Below are positions 14,242-28,492 of a stretch of DNA of 64,000 bases, one piece after another. The DNA is from the human T2T-CHM13v2.0 reference genome, Homo sapiens: positions 37,728,001 through 37,792,000 of the forward strand of contig CP086569.2 in NCBI GenBank assembly GCA_009914755.4, read 5' to 3'. The position numbers and the translations under genes were made by a program. The notes beneath the pieces are model-generated. The model worked only from the letters and a program-made list of their open reading frames with translations. It had not been told where the DNA came from and searched no databases. Position 1 is the first letter of the stretch. Each line of letters opens with the position of its first letter.

Positions 14242-17200
14242 GAAGGTTCTCGAAAAAAATGGAATCGAATGGAATGGAATTGAATGGAACGGAATAGAGT
14301 CGAATGGAATTGAATGGAATGGAATGGACTAGAGTGAAATGGAATCGAACCACAAGGAATGGACAGGAATAGAATGGTCTCGAATTGAATGGAATCGTAT
14401 GGAATGGCATCAAACGGAATGGAATGGACAGCCACGGAATGGAATGCACTCGAATGCAATGGAGTCGAAACTAATGGACTGGAATAGAATGGACTCGACT
14501 GGTACGGACTCCAATGGAATGGAATCGAATGGAAGGGAATCGAACGGAATGGACTCGAAGGGAAAAGACTGCAATGGAAAGGTCTCGAATGGAATGGAAA
14601 TTAATGGAATGGAATGGAATCGAATGAAATGGAGTCAAAAGGAATGGAATCGAATGGCAAGAAATCGAATGTAATGGAATCGCAAGGAATTGATGTGAAC
14701 GGAACGGAATGGAATGGAATCCAAAGGAATGGAATAGAATGGAATGGAATCGAATGGAAAGGACTCGAATGGCAATCACTCGAATAGAATGCAATTTAAT
14801 AAAATAGGATCAAATGTAATGGAATGGAATGGAAAGGAATCGAAACGAAAGGAATGGAGACAGATGGAATGGAATGGAACAGAGAGCAATGGTATAGAAT
14901 GGAATGGAATCATCTGGAATGGAATTGAATGGAATGGAATAATATGAAATGGAATGGAATGGAATGGAATGGAATGCCCTTGAATTAAATGGACTGGAAT
15001 GGAATGGACTCGAACAGAGTGGAATGGAAAGTGTTGAGATAGAATGGAATGGACTCCTTTGGAATGGTCTAGTATGCAATGCAATCGACTGGCAGGGAAT
15101 CAAAAGGAATGTAATCGAATGGATTGGACTGGAATGCAATGGACTCGAATAGATTGGAAACGGGATGCAAAGGAATGGAATGGAATAGTATGGAATGGAA
15201 TGGAAAGGAATGGAGTGGAATAGACTAGAGTGGAATGGAATGGACTGGAAAGCAATGGACTGGAATGGAACTTTCTTGAATGGACTGGAATCAAACGGAA
15301 TGGGATGCAATGCAATCAAATGGCATGGAATAAAATAGAATGAAAGAGAATCAAATGGAATTGAATCGAATGGAATCGAATGGATTGGAAAGGAATAGAA
15401 TGGAATGGAATGGAATGGACTCAAATGGAATGGACTAGAATGGAATGGATTCGAATGGAAGGCAAAGGAATGGAATCTATTGGAATGGACTGTAATGGAA
15501 TGGAATGGAAGGGATTGGAATGGACTCAAATAGAATGGACTGCAATAGAAAGGATTCGAATGGAATGAAAAAGAATTGAATGGAATAGAACAGAATGGAA
15601 TCAAATCGAATGAAATGGAATGGAATAGAAAGGAATGGAATGAAATGGAATGGAAAGGATTCGAATGGAATGCAATCGAATGGAATGGAATCGAACGGAA
15701 TGGAATAAAATGGAAGAAAACTGGCAAGAAATGGAATCGAAATGAATGGAGTGTTATGGAACGGACTCAAAAGGAATTGAATGTAATAGAATGGAGTGGA
15801 GTGGACTCGAATATAATGGACTGGAATGGAATGAAATCACATGGAATGGGAACGAATGGAATGGAATGGAAAGGAATGGAATCGAATGGAAAGGAATCGA
15901 ATGGAAGGGAATGAAATTGAATCAACAGGAATGGAAGGGAATAGAATAGACGGTAATGGAATGGACTCGAATAGAATGGACACGAATGCTCAAATTGAAT
16001 GGACTCGAATGGAATGGAAACGAAAGGAATGTCATCGAATGGAATTGAATCGATTGCAATGAAATCGCATAGAATGGAGTGGAATCAAATGGAATTGAAT
16101 CGAAAGGAAAGGAAGCGAATGGACTGAAATGAAATGGAATGGAATTGAATGGAAAGTAATGCAATGGAATAGAATGGAACGAAATTTCACGGAATGGAAT
16201 CAAACTGAATGGAATCAAATCAATGGAATCTAATCAAATGGAATGGAAAGGAATTGAATGGAGTAGATTGGATTGGATGGGATTGGAATGAAATGTACTG
16301 GAAAGGACTCGAATTTCATGAAACGGAATGGAATGAATTGGAACGGAATGGACTCGAATGGAATGGAATGTCATGGAATGGCATCAAATGGAATGGCATC
16401 AAATGGAATGGAATCGAATGCAATGGAATGCTATGGAATGGAATGGAATGCATTGGAATGGAATGTCCTCTAATGGAATGGATTCGAGTGGAATGGAATC
16501 GAATATAATGGAGTCGAATGAAATGGAATTGAAAGGAATGGGATCGAATACAATGGAATATACTGGAATGTAATGTAATGAACTCGAATGTAATTGACTG
16601 GAATGGAATGTACATGAATGGAAGGTAATCGAATGGAAAGTAATCCAATGGAATAGAATCTAATGCAATAAAACCGACTCAGATAGAGTAGAATGTAATG
16701 GAATGGAGTGCAGTGCAATGGAATGGAATGGAATTGAATGCAATGGAATGGAATGGAATGGAATGGAATGGAATGGAATGGAATGGAAAGGAATGGGATG
16801 GAATGGTATGGAATGGATAGTAATGGACTGGAGTGAAATGGACTGGAAAGGAATGGACTCAAATTGAAAGGGCTCGAAAGGAATGGTGTCAAATGGAATG
16901 GTCTGGAATGGAATGAACACGAATGTAATGCAGTCCAATAGAATGGAATCGAATGGCATGGAATATAAAGAAATGGATTCGAAGAGAATGGAAACAAATG
17001 GAATGGAATTGAATGGAATGGAATTGAATGGAATGGGAACGAATGGAGTGAAATTGTATGCAGTAGAAGGGAATAGAATGGAATGCAAGCGAAAGGAAAG
17101 GAATGGATTGGAATGGAATGGAATTCATTGGAATGGAAGGGAATGTAGTGTAATGGACAGGCCTGGAATAAAGTGGAATGCTACGGTCTCGAATGGAATA

Positions 17201-17815
17201 AAAATGTATGGAATGGAATGCAATGAAACGGAATCGAATGTCATAGAATGTAATGGAATGCAACAAAATGGAATCCAAAATCATTGACTGGAAAGGCTGG
17301 GTGTCGAAAGGAATTGACTCCAATGGAATGGAATCGAATGGAATGGAAGTGAATAGAATCGAACTAAATCGAATGGAATGGAATTGATAGGAACGGAATG
17401 GAAAGGAATGCAATGATTTGGCATGGAATGGAATCGAATGGCATCGAATGGAATGGAATGGAATGCAATGGAATGGAATGTATTAGAATGTAATGAACTT
17501 TAATGGAATGTACTCGAATGGATTCGACTGGAATGGAATGTTCTGGAAGTGAATGGACTCCAATGGAATGGATTCAAAAGGAATGGAATCGTACGGAATG
17601 GAATCTAATGGAATGGAATTAAATGGAAATGAATCAAATTGAATAGCACGGAATTGAATTGAATGGAATGGAATGCAATGGAATCTAATGAAACGGAAAG
17701 GAAAGGAATGGAATGGAATGGAATGGGCTGGAATGGAAAGGAATCGAAACGAATGGAATGGAATCGAACTGAAGAGACTGGAATGGAATGCACTGGAATG
17801 GAAGGGAGTGTAATG
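14242..17815 (+). repeat. HOR unit U5 (3574 bp)
   Basis: Anchor at 14242 and 17816. Near-identical to U3: the 305-aa artefact ORF 14810..15727 is identical to 7667..8584. Confidence 0.9.
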
Positions 17816-20800
17816 GAAGGTTCTCGAAAATAATGGAATCGAATGGAATGGAATTGAATGGAACGGAATAGAGTCGAATGGAATTGAATGGAATGGAATG
17901 GACTAGAGTGAAATGGAATCGAACCACAAGGAATGGACAGGAATAGAATGGTCTCGAATTGAATGGAATCGTATGGAATGGCATCAAACGGAATGGAATG
18001 GACAGCCACGGAATGGAATGCACTCGAATGCAATGGAGTCGAAACTAATGGACTGGAATAGAATGGACTCGACTGGTACGGACTCCAATGGAATGGAATC
18101 GAATGGAAGGGAATCGAACGGAATGGACTCGAAGGGAAAAGACTGCAATGGAAAGGTCTCGAATGGAATGGAAATTAATGGAATGGAATGGAATCGAATG
18201 AAATGGAGTCAAAAGGAATGGAATCGAATGGCAAGAAATCGAATGTAATGGAATCGCAAGGAATTGATGTGAACGGAACGGAATGGAATGGAATCCAAAG
18301 GAATGGAATAGAATGGAATGGAATCGAATGGAAAGGACTCGAATGGAAATCACTCGAATAGAATGCAATTTAATAAAATAGGATCAAATGTAATGGAATG
18401 GAATGGAAAGGAATCGAAACGAAAGGAATGGAGACAGATGGAATGGAATGGAACAGAGAGCAATGGTATAGAATGGAATGGAATCATCTGGAATGGAATT
18501 GAATGGAATGGAATAATATGAAATGGAATGGAATGGAATGGAATGGAATGCCCTTGAATTAAATGGACTGGAATGGAATGGACTCGAACAGAGTGGAATG
18601 GAAAGTGTTGAGATAGAATGGAATGGACTCCTTTGGAATGGTCTAGTATGCAATGCAATCGACTGTCAGGGAATCAAAAGGAATGTAATCGAATGGATTG
18701 GACTGGAATGCAATGGACTCGAATAGATTGGAAACGGAATGCAAAGGAATGGAATGGAATAGTATGGAATGGAATGGAAAGGAATGGAGTGGAATAGACT
18801 AGAGTGGAATGGAATGGACTGGAAAGCAATGGACTGGAATGGAACTTTCTTGGATGGACTGGAATCAAACGGAATGGAATGCAATGCAATCAAATGGCAT
18901 GGAATAAAATAGAATGAAAGAGAATCAAATGGAATTGAATCGAATGGAATCGAATGGATTGTAAAGGAATAGAATGGAATGGAATGGAATTGACTCAAAT
19001 GGAATGGACTAGAATGGAATGGATTCGAATGGAAGGCAAAGGAATGGAATCTATTGGAATGGACTGTAATGGAATGGAATGGAAGGGATTGGAATGGACT
19101 CGAATGGAATGGACTGCAATAGAAAGGATTCGAATGGAATGAAAAAGAATTGAATGGAATAGAACAGAATGGAATCAAATCGAATGAAATGGAATGGAAT
19201 AGAAAGGAATGGAATGAAATGGAATGGAAAGGATTCGAATGGAATGCAATCGAATGGAATGGAATCGAACGGAATGGAATAAAATGGAAGAAAACTGGCA
19301 AGAAATGGAATCGAAATGAATGGAGTGTTATGGAACGGACTCAAAAGGAATTGAATGTAATAGAATGGAGTGGAGTGGACTCGAATATAATGGACTGGAA
19401 TGGAATGAAATCACATGGAATGGGAACGAATGGAATGGAATGGAAAGGAATGGAATCGAATGGAAAGGAATCGAATGGAAGGGAATGAAATTGAATCAAC
19501 AGGAATGGAAGGGAATAGAATAGACGGTAATGGAATGGACTCGAATAGAATGGACACGAATGCTCAAATTGAATGGATTCGAATGGAATGGAAACGAAAG
19601 GAATGTCATCGAATGGAATTGAATCGATTGGAATGAAATCGCATAGAATGGAGTGGAATCAAATGGAATTGAATCGAAAGGAAAGGAAGCGAATGGACTG
19701 AAATGAAATGGAATGGAATTGAATGGAAAATAATGCAATGGAATAGAATGGAACGAAATTTCACGGAATGGAATCAAACTGAATGGAATCAAATCAATGG
19801 AATCTAATCAAATGGAATGGAAAGGAATTGAATGGAGTAGATTGGATTGGATGGGATTGGAATGAAATGTACTGGAAAGGACTCGAATTTCATGAAACGG
19901 AATGGAATGAATTGGAACGGAATGGACTCGAATGGAATGGAATGTCATGGAATGGCATCGAATGGAATGGCATCAAATGGAATGGAATCGAATGCAATGG
20001 AATGTTATGGAATGGAATGGAATGCATTGGAATGGAATGTCCTCTAATGGAATGGATTCGAGTGGAATGGAATCGAATATAATGGAGTCGAATGAAATGG
20101 AATTGAAAGGAATGGGATCGAATAGAATGGAATATACTGGAATGTAATGTAATGAACACGAATGTAATTGACTGGAATGGAATGTACATGAATGGAAGGT
20201 AATCGAATGGAAAGTAATCCAATGGAATAGAATCTAATGCAATAAAACCGAATCAGATAGAGTAGAATGTAATGGAATGGAGTGCAGTGCAATGGAATGG
20301 AATGGAATTGAATGCAATGGAATGGAATGGAATGGAATGGAATGGAATGGAATGGAATGGAATGGTATGGAATGGATAGTAATGGACTGGAGTGAAATGG
20401 ACTGGAAAGGAATGGACTCAAATTGAAAGGGCTCGAAAGGAATGGAGTCAAATGGAATGGTCTGGAATGGAATGAACACGAATGAAATGCAATCCAATAG
20501 AATGGAATCGAATGGCATGGAATATAAAGAAATGGAATCGAAGAGAATGGAAACAAATGGAATGGAATTGAATGGAATGGAATTGAATGGAATGGGAACG
20601 AATGGAGTGAAATTGTATGCAGTAGAAGGGAATAGAATGGAATGCAAGCGAAAGGAAAGGAATGGATTGGAATGGAATGGAATTCATTGGAATGGAAGGG
20701 AATGTAGTGTAATGGACAGGCCTGGAATAAAGTGGAATGCTACGGTCTCGAATGGAATAAAAATGTATGGAATGGAATGCAATGAAACGGAATCGAATGT

Positions 20801-21379
20801 CATAGAATGTAATGGAATGCAACAAAATGGAATCCAAAATCATTGACTGGAAAGGCTGGGTGTCGAAAGGAATTGACTCCAATGGAATGGAATAGAATGG
20901 AATGGAAGTGAATAGAATCGAACTAAATCGAATGGAATGGAATTGATAGGAACGGAATGGAAAGGAATGCAATGATTTGGCATGGAATGGAATCGAATGG
21001 CATCGAATGGAATGGAATGGAATGGAATGCAATGGAATGGAATGTATTAGAATGTAATGAACTTTAATGGAATGTACTCGAATGGATTCGACTGGAATGG
21101 AATGTTCTGGAAGTGAATGGACTCCAATGGAATGGATTCAAAAGGAATGGAATTGTACGGAATGGAATCTAATGGAATGGAATTAAATGGAAATGAATCA
21201 AATTGAATAGCACGGAATTGAATTGAATGGAATGGAATGCAATGGAATCTAATGAAACGGAAAGGAAAGGAATGGAATGGAATGGAATGGGCTGGAATGG
21301 AAAGGAATCGAAACGAATGGAATGGAATCGAACTGAAGAGACTGGAATGGAATGCACTGGAATGGAAGGGAGTGTAATG
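17816..21379 (+). repeat. HOR unit U6 (3564 bp), B-type (gactgTcagg allele)
   Basis: Anchor at 17816 and 21380. The diagnostic sequence gcaatcgactgtcagg is at about 18655. Confidence 0.9.
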
Positions 21380-24300
21380 GAAGGTTCTCGAAAAAAATGG
21401 AATCGAATGGAATGGAATTGAATGGAACGGAATAGAGTCGAATGGAATTGAATGGAATGGAATGGACTAGAGTGAAATGGAATCGAACCACAAGGAATGG
21501 ACAGGAATAGAATGGTCTCGAATTGAATGGAATCGTATGGAATGGCATCAAACGGAATGGAATGGACAGCCACGGAATGGAATGCACTCGAATGCAATGG
21601 AGTCGAAACTAATGGACTGGAATAGAATGGACTCGACTGGTACGGACTCCAATGGAATGGAATCGAATGGAAGGGAATCGAACGGAATGGACTCGAAGGG
21701 AAAAGACTGCAATGGAAAGGTCTCGAATGGAATGGAAATTAATGGAATGGAATGGAATCGAATGAAATGGAGTCAAAAGGAATGGAATCGAATGGCAAGA
21801 AATCGAATGTAATGGAATCGCAAGGAATTGATGTGAACGGAACGGAATGGAATGGAATCCAAAGGAATGGAATAGAATGGAATGGAATCGAATGGAAAGG
21901 ACTCGAATGGAAATCACTCGAATAGAATGCAATTTAATAAAATAGGATCAAATGTAATGGAATGGAATGGAAAGGAATCGAAACGAAAGGAATGGAGACA
22001 GTTGGAATGGAATAGAACAGCGAGCAATGGTATAGAATGGAATGGAATCATCTGGAATGGAATTGAATGGAATGGAATAATATGAAATGGAATGGAATGG
22101 AATGGAATGGAATGCCCTTGAATTAAATGGACTGGAATGGAATGGACTCGAACAGAGTGGAATGGAAAGTGTTGAGATAGAATGGAATGGACTCCTTTGG
22201 AAAGGTGTAGTATGCAATGCAATCGACTGGCAGGGAATCAAATGGAATGTAATCGAATGGATTGGACTGGAATGCAATGGACTCGAATAGATTGCAAACG
22301 GAATGCAAAGGAATGGAATGGAATAGTATGGAATGGAATGGAAAGGAATGGAGTGGAATAGACTAGAGTGGAATGGAATGGACTGGAAAGCAATGGACTG
22401 GAATGGATCTTTCTTGAATGGACTGGAATCAAACGGAATGGAATGCAATGCAATCAAATGGCATGGAATAAAATAGAATGAAAGAGAATCAAATGGAATT
22501 GAATCGAATGGAATCGAATGGATTGGAAAGGAATAGAATGGAATGGAATGGAATGGACTCAAATGGAATGGACTAGAATGGAATGGATTCGAATGGAAGG
22601 CAAAGGAATGGAATCTATTGGAATGGACTGTAATGGAATGGAATGGAAGGGATTGGAATGGACTCGAATGGAATGGACTGCAATAGAAAGGATTCGAATG
22701 GAATGAAAAAGAATTGAATGGAATAGAACAGAATGGAATCAAATCGAATGAAATGGAATGGAATAGAAAGGAATGGAATGAAATGGAATGGAAAGGATTC
22801 GAGTGGAATGCAATCGAATGGAATGGAATCGAACGGAATGGAATAAAATGGAAGAAAACTGGCAAGAAATGGAATCGAAATGAATGGAGTGTTATGGAAC
22901 GGACTCAAAAGGAATTGAATGTAATAGAATGGAGTGGAGTGGACTCGAATATAATGGACTGGAATGGAATGAAATCACATGGAATGGGAACGAATGGAAT
23001 GGAATGGAAAGGAATGGAATCGAATGGAAAGGAATCGAATGGAAGGGAATGAAATTGAATCAACAGGAATGGAAGGGAATAGAATAGACGGTAATGGAAT
23101 GGACTCGAATAGAATGGACACGAATGCTCAAATTGAATGGACTCGAATGGAATGGAAACGAAAGGAATGTCATCGAATGGAATTGAATCGATTGGAATGA
23201 AATCGCATAGAATGGAGTGGAATCAAATGGAATTGAATCGAAAGGAAAGGAAGCGAATGGACTGAAATGAAATGGAATGGAATTGAATGGAAAGTAATGC
23301 AATGGAATAGAATGGAACGAAATTTCACGGAATGGAATCAAACTGAATGGAATCAAATCAATGGAATCAAATCAAATGGAATGGAAAGGAATTGAATGGA
23401 GTAGATTGGATTGGATGGGATTGGAATGAAATGTACTGGAAAGGACTCGAATTTCATGAAACGGAATGGAATGAATTGGAACGGAATGGACTCGAATGGA
23501 ATGGAATGTCATGGAATGGCATCAAATGGAATGGCATCAAATGGAATGGAATCGAATGCAATGGAATGCTATGGAATGGAATGGAATGCATTGGAATGGA
23601 ATGTCCTCTAATGGAATGGATTCGAGTGGAATGGAATCGAATATAATGGAGTCGAATGAAATGGAATTGAAAGGAATGGGATCGAATACAATGGAATATA
23701 CTGGAATGTAATGTAATGAACTCGAATGTAATTGACTGGAATGGAATGTACGTGAATGGAATATAATCGAATGGAAAGTAATCCAATGGAATAGAATCTA
23801 ATGCAATAAAATCGACTCAGATAGAGTAGAATGTAATGGAAAGGAGTGCAGTGCAATGGAATGGAATGGAATGGAATGCAATTGAATGGAATGGAATGGA
23901 ATGGAATGGAATGGAATGGGATGGAATGGTATGGAATGGATAGTAATGGACTGGAGTGAAATGGACTGGAAAGGAATATACTCAAATTGAAAGGGCTCGA
24001 AAGGAATGGAGTCAAATGGAATGGTCTGGAATGGAATGAACACGAATGTAATGCAATCCAATAGAATGGAATCGAATGGCATGGAATATAAAGAAATGGA
24101 ATCGGAGAGAATGGAAACAAATGGAAAGGAAATGAATGGAATGGAATTGAATGGAATGGGAACGAATGGAGTGAAATTGTATGCAGTAGAAGGGAATAGA
24201 ATGGAATGCAAGCGAAAGGAAAGGAATGGATTGGAATGGAATGGAATTCATTGGAATGGAAGGGAATGTAGTGTAATGGACAGGCCTGGAATAAAGTGGA

Positions 24301-24938
24301 ATGCTACGGTCTCGAATGGAATAAAAATGTATGGAATGGAATGCAATGAAATGGAATCGAATGTCATAGAATGTAATGGAATGCAACAAAATGGAATCCA
24401 ATATCATTGACTGGAAAGGCTGGGTGTCGAAAGGAATTGACTCCAATGGAATGGAATCGAATGGAATGGAAGTGAATAGAATCGAACTAAATCGAATGGA
24501 ATGGAATTGATAGGAACGGAATGGAAAGGAATGCAATGATTTGGCATGGAATGGAATCGAATGGCATCGAATGGAATGGAATGGAATGCAATGGAATGGA
24601 ATGTATTAGAATGTAATGAACTTTAATGGAATGTACTCGAATGGATTCGACTGGAATGGAATGTTCTGGAAGTGAATGGACTCCAATGGAATGGATTCAA
24701 AAGGAATGGAATCGTACGGAATGGAATCTAATGGAATGGAATTAAATGGAAATGAATCAAATTGAATAGCACGGAATTGAATTGAATGGAATGGAATGCA
24801 ATGGAATCTAATGAAACGGAAAGGAAAGGAATGGAATGGAATGGAATGGGCTGGAATGGAAAGGAATCGAAACGAATGGAATGGAATCGAACTGAAGAGA
24901 CTGGAATGGAATGCACTGGAATGGAAGGGAGTGTAATG
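21380..24938 (+). repeat. HOR unit U7 (3559 bp), A-type variant
   Basis: Anchor at 21380 and 24939. The gactggcagg allele is present, together with private variants (ggatctttcttgaatgg at about 22405). Confidence 0.9.
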
Positions 24939-27900
24939 GAAGGTTCTCGAAAAAAATGGAATCGAATGGAATGGAATTGAATGGAACGGAATAGAGTCGA
25001 ATGGAATTGAATGGAATGGAATGGACTAGAGTGAAATGGAATCGAACCACAAGGAATGGAGATGAATAGAATGGTCTCGAATTGAATGGAATCGTATGGA
25101 ATGGCATCAAACGGAATGGAATGGACAGCCACGGAATGGAATGCACTCGAATGCAATGGAGTCGAAACTAATGGACTGGAATAGAATGGACTCGACTGGT
25201 ACGGACTCCAATGGAATGGAATCGAATGGAAGGGAATCGAACGGAATGGACTCGAAGGGAAAAGACTGCAATGGAAAGGTCTCGAATGGAATGGAAATTA
25301 ATGGAATGGAATGGAATCGAATGAAATGGAGTCAAAAGGAATGGAATCGAATGGCAAGAAATCGAATGTAATGGAATCGCAAGGAATTGATGTGAACGGA
25401 ACGGAATGGAATGGAATCCAAAGGAATGGAATAGAATGGAATGGAATCGAATGGAAAGGACTCGAATGGAAATCACTCGAATAGAATGCAATTTAATAAA
25501 ATAGGATCAAATGTAATGGAATGGAATGGAAAGGAATCGAAACGAAAGGAATGGAGACAGATGGAATGGAATGGAACAGAGAGCAATGGTATAGAATGGA
25601 ATGGAATCATCTGGAATGGAATTGAATGGAATGGAATAATATGAAATGGAATGGAATGGAATGGAATGGAATGCCCTTGAATTAAATGGACTGGAATGGA
25701 ATGGACTCGAACAGAGTGGAATGGAAAGTGTTGAGATAGAATGGAATGGACTCCTTTGGAATGGTCTAGTATGCAATGCAATCGACTGTCAGGGAATCAA
25801 AAGGAATGTAATCGAATGGATTGGACTGGAATGCAATGGACTCGAATAGATTGGAAACGGAATGCAAAGGAATGGAATGGAATAGTATGGAATGGAATGG
25901 AAAGGAATGGAGTGGAATAGACTAGAGTGGAATGGAATGGACTGGAAAGCAATGGACTGGAATGGAACTTTCTTGAATGGACTGGAATCAAACGGAATGG
26001 AATGCAATGCAATCAAATGGCATGGAATAAAATAGAATGAAAGAGAATCAAATGGAATTGAATCGAATGGAATCGAATGGATTGTAAAGGAATAGAATGG
26101 AATGGAATGGAATTGACTCAAATGGAATGGACTAGAATGGAATGGATTCGAATGGAAGGCAAAGGAATGGAATCTATTGGAATGGACTGTAATGGAATGG
26201 AATGGAAGGGATTGGAATGGACTCGAATGGAATGGACTGCAATAGAAAGGATTCGAATGGAATGAAAAAGAATTGAATGGAATAGAACAGAATGGAATCA
26301 AATCGAATGAAATGGAATGGAATAGAAAGGAATGGAATGAAATGGAATGGAAAGGATTCGAATGGAATGCAATCGAATGGAATGGAATCGAACGGAATGG
26401 AATAAAATGGAAGAAAACTGGCAAGAAATGGAATCGAAATGAATGGAGTGTTATGGAACGGACTCAAAAGGAATTGAATGTAATAGAATGGAGTGGAGTG
26501 GACTCGAATATAATGGACTGGAATGGAATGAAATCACATGGAATGGGAACGAATGGAATGGAATGGAAAGGAATGGAATCGAATGGAAAGGAATCGAATG
26601 GAAGGGAATGAAATTGAATCAACAGGAATGGAAGGGAATAGAATAGACGGTAATGGAATGGACTCGAATAGAATGGACACGAATGCTCAAATTGAATGGA
26701 TTCGAATGGAATGGAAACGAAAGGAATGTCATCGAATGGAATTGAATCGATTGGAATGAAATCGCATAGAATGGAGTGGAATCAAATGGAATTGAATCGA
26801 AAGGAAAGGAAGCGAATGGACTGAAATGAAATGGAATGGAATTGAATGGAAAGTAATGCAATGGAATAGAATGGAACGAAATTTCACGGAATGGAATCAA
26901 ACTGAATGGAATCAAATCAATGGAATCTAATCAAATGGAATGGAAAGGAATTGAATGGAGTAGATTGGATTGGATGGGATTGGAATGAAATGTACTGGAA
27001 AGGACTCGAATTTCATGAAACGGAATGGAATGAATTGGAACGGAATGGACTCGAATGGAATGGAATGTCATGGAATGGCATCGAATGGAATGGCATCAAA
27101 TGGAATGGAATCGAATGCAATGGAATGTTATGGAATGGAATGGAATGCATTGGAATGGAATGTCCTCTAATGGAATGGATTCGAGTGGAATGGAATCGAA
27201 TATAATGGAGTCGAATGAAATGGAATTGAAAGGAATGGGATCGAATAGAATGGAATATACTGGAATGTAATGTAATGAACACGAATGTAATTGACTGGAA
27301 TGGAATGTACATGAATGGAAGGTAATCGAATGGAAAGTAATCCAATGGAATAGAATCTAATGCAATAAAACCGAATCAGATAGAGTAGAATGTAATGGAA
27401 TGGAGTGCAGTGCAATGGAATGGAATGGAATTGAATGCAATGGAATGGAATGGAATGGAATGGAATGGAATGGAATGGAATGGTATGGAATGGATAGTAA
27501 TGGACTGGAGTGAAATGGACTGGAAAGGAATGGACTCAAATTGAAAGGGCTCGAAAGGAATGGAGTCAAATGGAATGGTCTGGAATGGAATGAACACGAA
27601 TGTAATGCAATCCAATAGAATGGAATCGAATGGCATGGAATATAAAGAAATGGAATCGAAGAGAATGGAAACAAATGGAATGGAATTGAATGGAATGGAA
27701 TTGAATGGAATGGGAACGAATGGAGTGAAATTGTATGAAGTAGAAGGGAATAGAATGGAATGCAAGCGAAAGGAAAGGAATGGATTGGAATGGAATGGAA
27801 TTCATTGGAATGGAAGGGAATGTAGTGTAATGGACAGGCCTGGAATAAAGTGGAATGCTACGGTCTCGAATGGAATAAAAATGTATGGAATGGAATGCAA

Positions 27901-28492
27901 TGAAACGGAATCGAATGTCATAGAATGTAATGGAATGCAACACAATGGAATCCAAAATCATTGACTGGAAAGGCTGGGTGTCGAAAGGAATTGACTCCAA
28001 TGGAATGGAATCGAATGGAATGGAAGTGAATAGAATCGAACTAAATCGAATGGAATGGAATTGATAGGAACGGAATGGAAAGGAATGCAATGATTTGGCA
28101 TGGAATGGAATCGAATGGCATCGAATGGAATGGAATGGAATGCAATGGAATGGAATGTATTAGAATGTAATGAACTTTAATGGAATGTACTCGAATGGAT
28201 TCGACTGGAATGGAATGTTCTGGAAGTGAATGGACTCCAATGGAATGGATTCAAAAGGAATGGAATCGTACGGAATGGAATCTAATGGAATGGAATTAAA
28301 TGGAAATGAATCAAATTGAATAGCACGGAATTGAATTGAATGGAATGGAATGCAATGGAATCTAATGAAACGGAAAGGAAAGGAATGGAATGGAATGGAA
28401 TGGGCTGGAATGGAAAGGAATCGAAACGAATGGAATGGAATCGAACTGAAGAGACTGGAATGGAATGCACTGGAATGGAAGGGAGTGTAATG
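24939..28492 (+). repeat. HOR unit U8 (3554 bp), B-type
   Basis: Anchor at 24939 and 28493. A private stop, ggagatgaatag at about 25060, truncates the MESNH artefact ORF to 91 aa. Confidence 0.9.

Larger units (their letters stand above)
3530..17815 (+). repeat. Two tandem copies of a 2-unit super-repeat of ~7.14 kb: [U2+U3] then [U4+U5]
   Basis: Unit-specific variants recur at lag 7143 and not at lag 3569. RGIEW (3627, 10770) alternates with TGIEW (7196, 14339). The 305-aa ORFs 7667 and 14810 are identical. The 110-aa ORFs at 5948 and 13091 match, and the 175-aa ORFs at 9327 and 16470 match. Confidence 0.8.
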
